64,000 nucleotides of DNA, taken from assembly GCF_009914755.1 (NCBI RefSeq), contig NC_060933.1; one strand, 5' to 3'. The notes under the pieces are model-generated. The model worked only from the letters and a program-made list of their open reading frames with translations, had not been told where the DNA came from and did no database searches. A program made the translations under genes and the position numbers. This stretch comes from the human T2T-CHM13v2.0 reference genome, Homo sapiens. This document shows positions 15,139-29,984 of the stretch, piece after piece (the stretch's first letter is position 1; each line of letters opens with the position of its first letter).

Positions 15139-15919
15139 TATATATAAGATGGTATCTGGATAGCAATAAGTTATAAAAAAAGAAAGTTATGTAAGAAGAA
15201 AAACATTTAGTAAACACGTATTCTTCAGGTTTCTTATTCATAACACACAGGCCATAATAACCCTTGCAATGGATACATTCTTTTTGTAGAACACCAAGCT
15301 ATCCATCCATAGTCAAATGAGGTTATAGGAGATTTACCAAAAAATATACATCAAACTACATTCAGTCTCAATTTTCTCATCCATGAAAAACGAATGGTTT
15401 TATCCAAATAATCTCTAAAGTCCCTTGCAGGCCTATGACTTTATCACTCTAAACATCTATGCCTGTATTCATATCATTAGTACCATCAACACACATGAAT
15501 GCATTTGAAGAATGTTCTAAATTTTATAAATCAGGGCATGAGAAACTAATACAGGGGCAAAAAAGAGGCTCTTCAAAATTATGGATTAGAAGCAGGATGG
15601 ATTCATTAATGTTTTTAATTTCACTCCTCCTGAGAAATGGAGATGTCTAAATCAGGCTGGGCAATCACTAAAGTGACTCTGAGAATCATCCTTACAAAAA
15701 AACTTTCTTGTTAAAATACAGCAATATGATTCCACCTCTAATTGATACCAATATCATTATTAAAAAATAAAAATAAAAAATAAACTGTGTGGATAGAAAG
15801 ATGAAAACAAAATCAGAGTAAGAGTATATGACTACAGAGAAGGGAATATTTTCCCTCTGTACTAATTAGTTCATTTCTTGCTACCTGAAGACTTACTGGG
15901 TTAATCTGTGGCACCACAG

Positions 15920-16268
15920 TGTAGTAGTGTTTTTACACTGCTGATGAAGACACACCCAAGACTGGGAAGAAAAAGAGGTTTAACTGGACTTATAATTCCA
16001 CATGGCTGGGAAGGCCTCAGAATCATGGTAGGAGGTGAAATGCACTTCTTACATGGTGGCGGTAAAAGAAAATAAGGAAGAGGCAAAAGTGGGAATCCCT
16101 GATAATACCGTCAGATCTCGTAATACGTATTCACTACCATGAGAATAGTATGGGGAAACCACCCCCATGATTCAAATTATCTCCCATTGGGTCCCTCCCT
16201 CACACATGGGAATTATAGGAGTACAATTCAAGATGAGATTTGGGTGGGGACACAGCCAAACCATATCA
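15920..16268 (-). mobile_element. THE1A-like MaLR solo LTR
   Basis: Minus strand starts tgatatggtttggctgtgtccccacccaaatctc and ends ..taca; perfect 5-bp TSD cacag (15915-15919, 16269-16273). Confidence 0.93.
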
Positions 16269-16376
16269 CACAGGATGTAATATCCTATTTGGTTCATCTC
16301 TTCTTTAGAATATTACTGTTTTTCTACACTTTGAGTGAAGAGGGAATACTTATTTGGATAGAATATTTAAAATTTG

Positions 16377-16680
16377 GGCCAGGCACAGTGGTTCATGCCT
16401 GTAATCCCAGCACTTTGGAAGGCAAAGGCTTGTGGATCAACTGAGGTTAGGAGTTCAAGACCAGCCTAGCCAACATGATGAAACTCCCATCTCTACTAAA
16501 AATAAAAAATTAGCTGGGCACAGTGGCATGTGCCTGTAGTCCCAGCTACTCAGGATGCTGAGGCAGGAGAATTGCTTAAGCCCAGGAGGGGGAGGTTGCA
16601 GTAAGCCAAGATTGTACCACTACACTTCAGCCTAGGAGTTACAGCGAGACTCCATCTTAAAAAAAAAAAAAAAAGAAAAA
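16377..16680 (+). mobile_element. AluS (Sx/Sz-like)
   Basis: Full dimer with A tail. Confidence 0.94.
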
Positions 16681-16796
16681 TTAAAAAAATTCCTCTCCTA
16701 ACAATTCTAACTCCTTCTGCAACAAAGTCACAAAGGTAGGATATTTTTTCACATATATGACTTTACATAATTTTCTTCTTTAAAATATTTAGATTT

Positions 16797-17095
16797 GGCC
16801 GGGTGCGGAGGCTTGTGTCTGCAGTCCCAGCACTTTGGGAGGTCGAGGCGGGCAGATCACAAGGTCAGGACATGGAGACCATCCTGGATAACGCAGTGAA
16901 AAGCTGTCTCTACTAAAAATATAAAAAATTAGCCGGGCATGGTGGTGGGTGCCTGTAGTCCCAGCTACTTGGGAGGCTGAGGCAGGAGAACGGCATGAAC
17001 CACCAGGAGGGAGAGCTTGCACTGAGCCAAGATTGCACCACTGCACTCCAGTCTGGGCGACAGAGCAAGACTCCGTCTCAAAAAAAAAAAAAAAA
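16797..17095 (+). mobile_element. AluY-like
   Basis: ggcatgaac, gagcttgca; TSD about ttagattt. Confidence 0.93.
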
Positions 17096-18749
17096 TTAGA
17101 TTTAATCATATGGTCAGTAATTTATCCATAGGGGCTAATTTTATTCAAGAGAACACAATATGTTTCTCATAAAATGGAGCAAAATGCCCAAAACGATGTT
17201 AAAATTAAGAAAGAAGATAGTAGGTAACTGACAGAGGGGGGAGAATGAAAAACAAAAAATGTAGAGAAAAGACATAAAAAATATTAATTTCACAATAGTG
17301 AAATCTACTCTTAGTGAAAACTAAGAAAACTCTTTTAGCAACTTAAAAATATACAGGACATTACTTAATTTCAATTTTCAAAATATGCCAAAGGACTTTG
17401 AATATTCAAGTACCTAGACCTCCCTTTTAACAGACAATTTTAATCTTGAATATTAAGCAGACTTAATAATTAAGTGGAAAAATGGATTTGACTGGGGCAT
17501 TTCTGTCTTTTCCTCCATCAAGGGAGGTATTAGTAAATTTCACAAAAGTAAGCCTCTGAGAACATGTGAAAGAAAAAATTATCTTTCTCTCCTAAGAGTT
17601 CAGAATGGAAAACAATTTGTAAACTAAGAATGAGAAGAAAGGAGTTCAAAAAAATAATGAAATGGCTTTTGACAAAACTATTCCTCGTGGCCACATCCCC
17701 GAATATTCCCCATGGCCACTGTTCTAAAATATGTACTAACTCATTTGATTCGAGAAGGACCTAAGGGAGAAGAGAAAAAAAAAGAAATGACATTTTGATT
17801 AAAGAGGTCGTTTATCCAAACATATGCGTATCCACTATTGGTTTCTTCCTCTCCATCCTACTGTGCTGCCTCCAAGGGAAACAATTTCTGAGGAGAGTGT
17901 CTACAGTACCATGTTCAGAAGGATTCTGAGGCTGTTCTTCTCTAGAGAAAAAAAAAAAAAAATAGAAGAGTGCTATTATCAAATAGTAATGTCTGTTTTG
18001 AACAAGGGATAAAGAGAGTAGCAGCAACATACAAAGGAGAAAAAAAAAATGAACAAACCTCTCCTGGTTGGTCAGAATCTCTATAAATCTTGAAATTTCA
18101 CAAGTCTTTTGAAACCTTCATTACATAAGAATTCTATTGGATTTGAAGGTGATTTGCCTGAATATACTTATTGGTACAAACAGCATTCTGAATTATCCTT
18201 TGAGGTTGTAAAATAGTAACCAGATTCCAAGAGGCCAAACAATTTTTACCTCAGTACTTGCCAGCTTTCTTAAAATACGTTGGTTATGACTTCCTTTCAC
18301 ATTTTCAATGTGATGTGATCAAATCCTCCTGTAATCTAAACTAACTTTATACCAAAAGCAACTTTATGCAACTTTATTTTATTCCTTCATATTAGTCCCA
18401 TCTCACACCAAGTATATACTGGCTTGCATTTCAACAACAAAAGTCTTGAAATAGTGCCATTCAACTCATAATCATGTTGGTTTTTCCTTCATACCTCCTA
18501 TTTCTATCATTCTATTGCATACTCACTGGGTTCAGAACTGAGGGCATCTACTTCCTGGATTTTTACTATTCTCCCTTTGGAAAATTCCGACTCTGATGGT
18601 CTCTAAAATTCCTTCTTCTCTTTTTGATCATATTTCCTTCTTCAGACTCTCAAACAGCTTTGCATTAATTTATAAATAAAAGATTTTCACTTACATAGAT
18701 TAGTAATAAAAAATAATGAAAATAAACTAAGTAAAGAGCCAGCAGGTGG

Positions 18750-19125
18750 ATTAGAGAAGGCTGACTGCTGTTATAAACAGTCTACCATCTCAGTAGCTGA
18801 ACACAATAACATTAATTGTTTCATTCATGTCACAATTTAATGTGAATTGTACGGAGGCTTTGCTCCATGTAGACTTAAAGACTCAGTTTCTTCCATCTAG
18901 TGGTTCTATCATCTCTTCCTGGAATCTTCCATTGGACCTCCTGTCTTCAGAAGCCACCTCCATTCTTAAAACAGCTTAGCCTAGAGGTGGCACCACTCAC
19001 TTCCACATCATTTCCAATCACATCCCATTAACCATTGCCTCATCTTTCCTAGCTGAGAATTTGATTTAATGATGTGCTCTTGAAAATAAAGAACGTATTA
19101 GTGAACACTAGCAATCTCTACCATA
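18750..19125 (-). mobile_element. Old MLT1 (K/L-like) LTR remnant
   Basis: ttcttccatctagtggttct, cctagaggtggcaccactcacttcc, gtgaacactagcaatctctacca resemble reverse-strand MLT1. Confidence 0.55.
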
Positions 19126-21471
19126 GGAAAGCTACTTTGATTTCCAAGAAAATGGCATATTGAAATTAGCCCTATCTGTCTCAAAAAGCTGTCATGAAAA
19201 TCAAGTAAGTCAGGAACGTGAAATACTTTTAAAATTGTTAAGTGCTGTGTAATGATATGGCACACTGACCTACGCCTCCTTTTGATACCTTCACTTCTAT
19301 ACTTCCACAAAAGATTATTTTCCAGACTTTTAAGAACCCCCAAATTCATAAATTTTCAAAAAGAAACACAGTTTTTAACATGTGTCAAGAGTTACTGTCA
19401 ACTTAATCCACAAGACAATAGAATAAACCTAAATCAAAACATCAATGTTTGGCAGTAAACTAAATTCACTACTCAGTTTTGGGTTCCATTCATCACACCA
19501 GGCTTAACGCCAGTGTGATTCAAATCCAAGCTCCAAAGATTAGCAAAATGTATACAGACTGCATGTCCTGACACTCTGAGGTATGTTATTAAAAACAGTC
19601 AAAATTGTAAATGGTAACTCTATGATTGTTAGGCCTATGTGGTATTATGCGCCGGGAGTTTTGGGGATACTTGCTCGTGTCCTTTGCACCTGAAGGTTGA
19701 AGGTAAGTTTCACAGTTTTTTCCACTGTCTCTCAGTCCACCACCACAACTCCCACCTATACTTTTCAAGCAGCTCTGTAAATCCTGTCTACTTCCTGAAA
19801 CCTTACTCAGTTGAGTAGTGGAACACCTCATCTTCTTGTCTCCTATGGACTTGAAAGAAACTCCCACACGGGATCATTCACTTTCCTCTCATGACAAACA
19901 TATCCTTCTTCTCCATGTTGACGTACGCCAATGAAAATAAACTGGGATATCAGAGAAAACATGGAAAGAAACTGTATCCTAGCAACTCATGGCCAAATAT
20001 AGGCATTAAGGTGCTTAAATTATTAGCATTCACTATGTTTTTTCATTTCCCTAAAGTCTTATTCTTTGCAAGCACTTTATCAGTACTTAGAAAATAAGGT
20101 GGTTAAGCTTCCTCCAGGAGCTCATATTCTACGAGGGGTGTACATCAATCAACTGTCCATATTCGATGTAAGTGACAGAAGTCTGAGAAATCGCTCTCTG
20201 GTTACGAGGAAATGTAGCGTGTTAATCAAGGTAAGTGAGCTGTTTCTACAGAGCAAGTCCTGAAACTGCTTTGCATACATTTGCATGTTCATTGCTCTGA
20301 GAAGTCCCATAGTAAAAGCAAAGCAAAGCTGAGAAAACAACACCTACACACACAAAACACTTCCACAACAAAACAAGCCAACAGAACAACTTGCGTTGCT
20401 TGAATGTATTTTTGTAGGGTGACTTTTTTCTCTATAGACTTGTTAATAGCCCTCAGATTTTCCTAAATGCTAGATTGAGAAGCACTGAAAGATGCAGATG
20501 TTTTAATAATTTAAAAGTAGATAATTTTTACTTTACAAAAGCATTGGAAATCTCAAAAGAAAAGTCTGTGTCATTAATATTCAAATGCTTGTACGTTTAA
20601 GTCTTCTTGTAAATAATCAGGTAAATCTCTGAATATCTTACCTAGATGTGAAAACATGATTTAACAATGGATAGTGATGGGATGTATTTTAAATAAGAGA
20701 ATATATTTAAATGCAGAGCTAATAAATTTTTAAATCTGAATGAAATAAATAATTTTCTGGGAATTATATAAATTACTTCTTTTGCCTCAAGAAGGAATGG
20801 GAGATATGAATAGAAAATAGCCATGGGAGAGAAATTTTAAAAGTTGTAATTTTTTTTTTCATGTTTAGCAAAAGGAAGCAGAATCCATAGAGGTATCCAA
20901 TTTAGAGAAGCCTCTAACCCCAAAACAAATGCATACTGATAACATTCATACAAACAACACTTCTACAATAAAAGTCTGATGGAAAACATGATTTGTAATC
21001 GGTCCCACTGAAATAGAAATGTTCAGGGATTTGGTATTTTCCATAGAAAAGTTAAATGTATAAGAAAAATATGTTTAGGTAGGATCTAAACATGCTCACC
21101 AGCAGAAGATAAAAATGACAAACAACAATACATTTTATTCAGGATTAAAAACACTTGTTTTCTGCATATGCCAAGGAAACTTACTTGCTTGTGCTTAGAC
21201 ATTTTTACCCACATTCAGAAAATGAAGCAAAATTCACAAATTCAATTCATAATTTCTTTTTAAGCTGCATATAATAAATACCTATTATTCATGGGTGTTG
21301 GCAAATCTGTATACTACCTATTTTTTTTTCTATGTTTAGCCTTCGGAGCTGCTTAAATCTTAAAATATGTACCTTCTTTGTTGTTCTCTTTCTTACTGTG
21401 GAGCCCCATGGCTTGGAACTGTAAGCACTGCTACAGTCCCAAACAATTCTTTACTTGACCCAACAAACATA

Positions 21472-22064
21472 TCCGTCAAAATATTTTGGGCTATAGATAA
21501 CAGAACATCCTACTAAAAGTGGTTTAAAAAATAAGGACATCATTCTGTCACATAAAACCTGAGGGAGGGTGATTTATTCAGCTACTCAATAGCAGCTCAA
21601 TCGCTCAGTCTTTTCCCATCCGTCTGTCCCCTCTGCCTTTCTCATTGTGCTGGTTTGTCTCCTTAGACTGGTTCCTCTCATGATCCCTACAGGCCTGCAG
21701 CAGCTCTAAACACCACATACAGAGGAAATATTCAAGAACAGAAAAGGAAACATCTTTGTCTTGGTGCCAATCTTGTGAGTAAATAAACCCTTCTCAAAAA
21801 CTCCCCAGTGTATTTGCTCTAAATTTTCATTCACCAGGATTGAATCACATGGCCATGTTTAAGTGCATCACTTAGCAGGAAACTGAGACCACTTCACTTT
21901 TTTCAACCAGTAAGATTTGCCACTTAGGAGCCAGCCCCACCCCCGCACCCCCACCCACTGGCATACACAGCAGGTTACTATAGAATGAGAGTAGATAAAA
22001 TCTGGGTCAATGTTATAGGCAAGCAAGAAGGAAGCGTCTAACAGGCAAACAACAATGTCTGTCA
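21472..22064 (-). mobile_element. MLT1J/K-like LTR
   Basis: taacagaacatcctactaaaagtggtttaaa..gcagcagctc..tcacatggcca..aggcaaacaacaatgtctgtca. Confidence 0.7.
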
Positions 22065-22881
22065 ATAGTCTGTTTATATGCCCAGACACTATCAGATACC
22101 AATTTATATTCCAAGGAGTCATTCTCATTGGTAGGTAAGTTGCATAAATGATTATATATAATTTTTGAGTAAGTGATAAACATTTTATTCTATTTTCTCA
22201 TCTATATATCAAAGCTACTATAGCTGAACTTCATAGAATCACAAAATTCTAAGGCAGAAGCTCCTAGAAAATTAATAAACTGATCTATGATAAATCAAAT
22301 CATATTTTAAATTTCCTAGGGATGCTCCCTACTTAAGAAAGCCTTCAACTGAAGTTTGCTTTCACTTTGTTTTAGCATATCCAGTTTTCTTAAGTTGGAA
22401 ATTACTGTAAGTAAATGTGAGAGTGGTACACGCACAATCATTTGCTTTCTCTCTATTCTCAGATTATCTTGTTGGACTTTTAACCCAACCACCTGCTCCA
22501 AACCAAAATCTAGATCAAAATAAATGTTATTGACTCCTTACCCTATATAGGATTTCTATTTGATTGCTCAGAAACTCCAGTATGACACCTGACATAAGAG
22601 AGTAAAAGCACAACCCAAGAGGCGCTCCAGAAACTGGATCAGCAGAGACATCTTCAGAGGCAGCAGACCTCAGCTGGGTTGAGGACCAAACACCACCTTC
22701 ACGTTATGTTTTTCAAGGTAACAACACAACACAACAGAGAGAAGAGGACACGGGATGGGAAACCAAGAGGGCTGGCCTCTACCATTCTTGCTTTCCAACA
22801 GATTTTCTGTGGCAAGGCTCTTTCCCTTATCTTGCAGATGAAGGAGTAAATCATCTTCAGTGAAATTCAGCTCTCTCCCAT

Positions 22882-23345
22882 TAACTCATTGATTTATTCA
22901 CTTAACTATCAAATGTTTATTGAACACCTACTTGCACTAAACTCTACATTAAATTCTAGATGTGTGGAGGAAAACAGTTAAAGTCCCTCCAGTCTTGGGG
23001 TGGGGGGACAAGTAATCACTGAGCAATCCAGATGGGACGTGTTATGAATTAGATAAACTTGGTGATTAGCAGAAGGAAGTAGAGGAGAGAGGTCCATTTA
23101 GAGTGGTCAGGAAAGGCATCACAGAAGAGGGGGCAGGGGAGAAAGATGAGTTAGGTTAGACGGAGAAAGAATTACAAGAACAGGGAAGACAATGGATGAA
23201 AATGTCAAGAGAATTAAAATGTCGTGAGCTAACAGGGTCTGACATAAGATGACGGCAGAGAGGAATGCAGAAGCTAGGTCAACCAACGGCCTTGTAAGCC
23301 AAGATAAGGAGTTTTTACTTCATTCCAAGTTAAATTGATACATTT
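22882..23345 (-). mobile_element. L2 3' end
   Basis: aaatgtttattgaacacctac, agtggtcaggaaaggcatcacagaagag, ggccttgtaagccaagataaggagttt. Confidence 0.7.
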
Positions 23346-23932
23346 TAAATCCACATAAATTGCTTATGCTGTAGAAGGTTCTGAGAACTGTAAAAACCGT
23401 TCCCTTTCTTAGTATTCCTGCCAGAATTGTCGACAAACATCACAGCTACACAGAGGTGCACAGAAGAAAGAGATGATACCTTGAACTTTCCAATAACGGT
23501 TTCTTCATTTTAGTTTTCTCTTTCTTTTAAAAAATCAAATGGGTTACAAAATGCTTGCGGAAGCGTGAGAACAACAGTAACAGTTTCTGCCTAGAAGAAT
23601 CCTATTTTTGCTTCCACTAAATAAGCACAAGTCTGTTGTCTAGTATTTGGCTTTTGGACAAAACATAAGAGTCAGAAAATCACGACCATGGAACTAGGGT
23701 CAAAATTAAGTAGTTGATTGGAAATAAAAGAATAAATCTAATTTCTGAGGACTGACTATACGTAGGGAAGGGAAAAGGGAGAAAAGGGCTTTTACATTCC
23801 CTTCATGTACCATCCTCAGCTTAATAGCCAGAGAAATCTAGAGGCCCAATGAGATGGATCATGGGGCTCTTTAAATATATTTTAAAGCATTCTTTTCCTG
23901 GTGGAATTTTCAGATTGTAAGTTTGTTGTTGA

Positions 23933-24274
<342 letters not shown>

Positions 24275-24294
24275 TGGATTTTTTTAAAGACAGG

Positions 24295-24333
24295 TGTGTA
24301 TGTGTGGGTGCGTGGGTGTGTGTGTGTGTGTGT
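24295..24333 (+). repeat. Interrupted (GT)n microsatellite
   Basis: Read directly. Confidence 0.85.
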
Positions 24334-27300
24334 TTGGGGAGGAGCACACACAATTGTATGCAATGACATTATTGGTGGGAAGAATAAACAACTGAAGTTA
24401 TCAAAACTTTCTACCAGAGCACTGGTAAATATGGGTTGTCATTTAAATAACATATCCCTAATTTTCCATCCACTGCCATAGTGCAGAAACAACTTAATTA
24501 CAAGTGTCCATGGGAGGCTCTAAACTTCTGAGGTCATGGAAAGTGTCATTCACAGTCCTCTGTAGTCTCTGCTATGATTATCACCATGTCCACAGTAAGC
24601 ATTCAGTATAAATTTGTGAAACTTTATTTTATACAAACATAAAGCTTTATGTCATTTTCCATTTAAGGCAACCAGTTTTAAATACAACACTCAAAAAATG
24701 AGGATCAAAGTTGATGATGTAGATATTGTAAAATGCAGAGTACTAGCATACTGAATGCATACTTATGCACTGAATACCTACTGTGTGATAGATGTTTATT
24801 CAGTGCTTTACTTACACTGTCTCTAACTGCTGTAGCTTTTAAGACTATCCATTTTTGAAAATGCTGGTGAAAATCAAGAATCAAGGACAGCGAAGACGAC
24901 AGTTAGTGATAGTGTAAAAAACGGTGGCTGTAGGCATAGTTTTAAATGTTCTTGAGAAAGGATTACTGTTAACTGCGGAAATGTAGCAAGTGTATCTCCT
25001 ATGATTCATGTTACAAATGTAAAGGTGGTGTACATTTATTAACAAATAGCTGGATTTAAAAATTCTTCAGTCATTTTCTGTTGAAAGTTTTATCTACATC
25101 TGTACTTTATCAAGGCCTATTTAGTTTCCTACAAAACAACAAAGGATACGTTTTATCTTTAAACTCAGGAAGGCTGTATGACCACAGGTTCAAAATGCAT
25201 CCTGAGGGGATTCTACACCTGCCGCCTCATGGTGAAACTGCCTGAAAACTGTCTCCAGGGAGAGCATACAGAAATACTCCGGCATAATACAGAAATCGCC
25301 TTTTCGCAGGAAACTAGATAGCTTGTTACCAATCTGTTTGGTTGGGGATAACGCATAGCAATCCTATCCTTTGTTTTTCCTGATTTTTACTGTTCTTAAC
25401 ATGCCCAATAAATACCTTCTCACTGTTCAAGAACAGGAGTGCTGATAAACATCATCTCAAAACTGGCATCTACACCCATAATATTATATTATATAATAAT
25501 ATTAGAAGCACTCTCCAGCCACTGGGCAAATCCTTCATGAGAAAACAGCATCCATTTGAAGTTGTGAATTCTTTTCTTCTTTAAGGATGGATTTCTCATA
25601 CCCTACCAGAATTTTTGTTATCACAAAATGCACACTCTTTTTTCAGAATTCCTGAATAATGAAAAATACAGAATTTATGATCCTTTGAGTAAATTTCTAA
25701 CAAGTGATGAAATTCCGATGAAGTGTATAATGATTCCTCATTTTCTTTATGAAATCTATCAGTTCAACTCTTTGCCTTGAGGACAGATGCTAAACAGTTG
25801 CTCTGGCAAGTTATTAAATCAAGTTTCTGGTTTCTTGCAGGGCCTTTCAACATATCCCCACAGAAAGATGAGGCAGACAAAGAAACTCTGTCAATACACC
25901 TCATATCATTAAAAGTAAAAAAGATTAATTCCTGAAATAATGTAAATACATGGTATTTTTCATGATAAGCATTTGAGGACATTTTTCCCCCATATCCCTT
26001 AACAACTAGAATTAAATCCCTCTATAATGACTCATTTAGAATACATTTATTTAACAAAGGAAAACAAAGTAAACTGACTCCATTGGACAAGTTTGAAAAT
26101 AATTTTATGAAAACATGTTGAAATTAAAACCAAGTGTTTCTGATTTGTGATTCTACTTGGTTGGGCCAGTAACTTTCATGAATATAATTTCATATACCAA
26201 TATGAATGCTTAATGTACTAAATAAACAAGTTGTAAAAAATTAATTCTTTTCTGAAATGGTATCCATCACATTGCTTCAGTAGAATCTTTATTGAAAAGA
26301 AAGGCCAGTGCAACGCCCAAAAGAAAAAAAAAAAAAGAACACATTCATACTCCATGGTAATATTTTGCACAATTAGGTAGCATTTTACATTAAAATCTGC
26401 AGAAAGCCTAGCAAGAGTTTCCCATTGTGATAAGGGCAAAAACTAAACATGGCCATTTTGTAGGCCCTGATTGATTTAACCATTTTTTTCTCTGTGTATT
26501 TTCAAATATCAGTAATGCTGAGAACCCAATTCCAACATTTATGATGGCGGCATTCTTAAAATATGGGACATACAATACAAAATCAGCAATTTCTGAACAG
26601 TGGTACAACTGCCAGTAATCAATGGTTTTTTAAATTCCTTATTATCCCATGGGCCATTTCAAATAGTTTGTATTTTCCAAATTTCACTCCCTTTTTAATC
26701 AATGCATGTGACATTCTGCTGCTGTAAATCTTAATGGAAACTATATAATTTGATCATCATACTACAAAATTACTTTCATTTAAGAAACTATGCTGCCATC
26801 AGTAAAAATGCATCTAAATTATTATTTACTGAACTGTAGTAAAACCCTCGAATTCCACTAAGAAGAGTAGTCAGCATAAAGGAATCAAAACAGCTTTTCC
26901 ATTTCAGAACTTTCACAATTGTCAAACAACTGCTTTATCATCATGATGTACTTAAATTCATTTCTACTATTGAATATCACCCTCTACAAAAAGTGTTATT
27001 CAATTACGTGGTTCCACAGCACACTGGAGGTCAGCTGTTAATAGCAAAGATGTATTATGATGTGCTTTTATTATTTCTAAGGAGTGAGAAAAATAATACG
27101 TTGTATTACAGAACCTCAGTCACAGTCAATGTTTTCATTCATTTGTAAAAACAGGCAATTGAATCCAGAAGCACACAAAAGAGAAAAAAATCTTTTCATG
27201 GAGAGTAATTAAAGAAAACTCTTGACTTTACCATCACTAAGCAGTGAACAAATCCACACACACACAAATCTGAAGTTGCATTAATGCAGACATACAACTT

Positions 27301-27452
27301 TCAAATACCCTTTAGCCAATGTTTGAGTTGCTAAAACACTAGTAATATTCATTCAAGGTGTCTTGTCCTTTAAATACCATTGCTCACCAACAATTTAAAT
27401 TAAAAAGAGGAAGCATAAAGTTTGGGAATTTTTTCATGAAAGTAAAATTTTT

Positions 27453-27737
<285 letters not shown>

Positions 27738-27903
27738 TTAGTGCCATAATTCAGGGGGAAAAAAAATAAGAATCTTTTCCATTGCTCTGGGGAGAAACAA
27801 AGTATCCAACCATGGAAAGGTAAAAGAGTACATTTAATATTTCAACTCAAGTATTATAATGACAGAAAGTAAATTTCTCTATGTTAATGCATAATAATTT
27901 CCC

Positions 27904-28299
<396 letters not shown>

Positions 28300-28949
28300 T
28301 TATTTTAATCTCCCTGAATACTCTGATGTGTTTACCACAATACTATCTCAGTTACTGCCACCATTAAAAATAGAGTATTCCATATAAAAGTGAGGGTTTG
28401 TTTCTCTAAACTATACCTATTTTCATACTTTATTGTAATCTTTATTCTTTTCTCAATGTATTAAATGTCGTTCTGCTTTTTTGAACAACAGAATGATCAT
28501 TTCCTGATAAATCAGGGTTTATTTACACTGTTTAAGTAAATTCATTTATACATTTGGCTTTAGATCTGATAGAAGGCCTTGGCAGACCACTTTATTTTTT
28601 TTAACGTGAGGACTCTCAATTACTTTGTGTCACTTTAGTTTGCTCTCCTACTTTTTGTAGCTTTTGTTCTCATCTACTTTCATAGCTTTTAATTTCCCTG
28701 TCAGACGGTTGCTTGGATTTTTCTGGAATTTATCAGTGGGTCAGCAGTTGGTCTACGTTTATATTGGACAGCATGGCTGCCAGATAAATAAGCATTTTAG
28801 TGTGTAAAGTAAAAAAAAAAAAAATGCTCTGAGTGAGGTTTCTGGGCTTTTACTTGAAATAAAGTACTGTGCTTATTTGGTGTGCCTTATCTTCCGTGGT
28901 CTTTTTTTTATACTTCTTGCTTCTCAGTTGGATCAGCATAGTTGAGGTT

Positions 28950-29045
28950 CATGGATTCATTCAACAAACATTTACTGATTACCTACTACGTGAGTTCATG
29001 AGAATAAAGAAACAGTATCCCTGTCTTCAGAAAGCTCCAGTTTTG
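28950..29045 (-). mobile_element. L2 3' terminal fragment
   Basis: attcattcaacaaacatttactga..ccctgtcttcagaaagctccagt. Confidence 0.6.
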
Positions 29046-29166
29046 AAGAGATAAAAATAAAGCCAACAAGGACAGTTGGGAGTTTTTTGATAGACATCTG
29101 TAAAGGAGAGCTGCACAAGAGGTTCTCCCTGGGTCTTTAAGAAAAGCCACAATATAAGAGGTGCAA

Positions 29167-29476
<310 letters not shown>

Positions 29477-29984
29477 TCAGCCTAAAAACAAGAGGAAGGA
29501 GGACATTTTGGGGAGAGTTAGCACTACTGAATCAACTGGATTGACTGGAGAAGTTTGTATTATTCATAAAGACAAGTTCCAATTACATAAAGAATTTTAA
29601 GCAGTTCACCATAAAAGGGTTCCATCAAATCAGCAGAAGAGCTGGTCAGATACCAAATTATGAAAAAGTACTTGGGGATTATACCAATAGTGAATCTGGA
29701 AATCTATTTAGACTTCCTCTCCAGACCAAATATGCAGGATGGTAATAGACTATTCTTTGAGGAGATCAGCAGGAAAGTGAAGAAATATGATAAAGTCTAG
29801 AAGCCTAGAAGTTTAAAGTGCTCTTTTTTTGTTAAATGAGTACTTATGATATTACATAAAAAATATTCTGCTTTGAATTGTCTGAGTTAAATGAATATTC
29901 CCAGATTCAGAATTCTCTGTTCCACTTCTCCCTTAAAAATTATTCCTCTTTACCCTTTCAGTTCCACCATTCCACCACCTCAGT

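Noticed and set aside
19690-20240. Strong plus-strand donors AAG|gtaagt (~19703, ~20231) suggesting antisense exons
   Set aside because: I found no convincing matching acceptors or promoter, so they cannot be supported from sequence alone.
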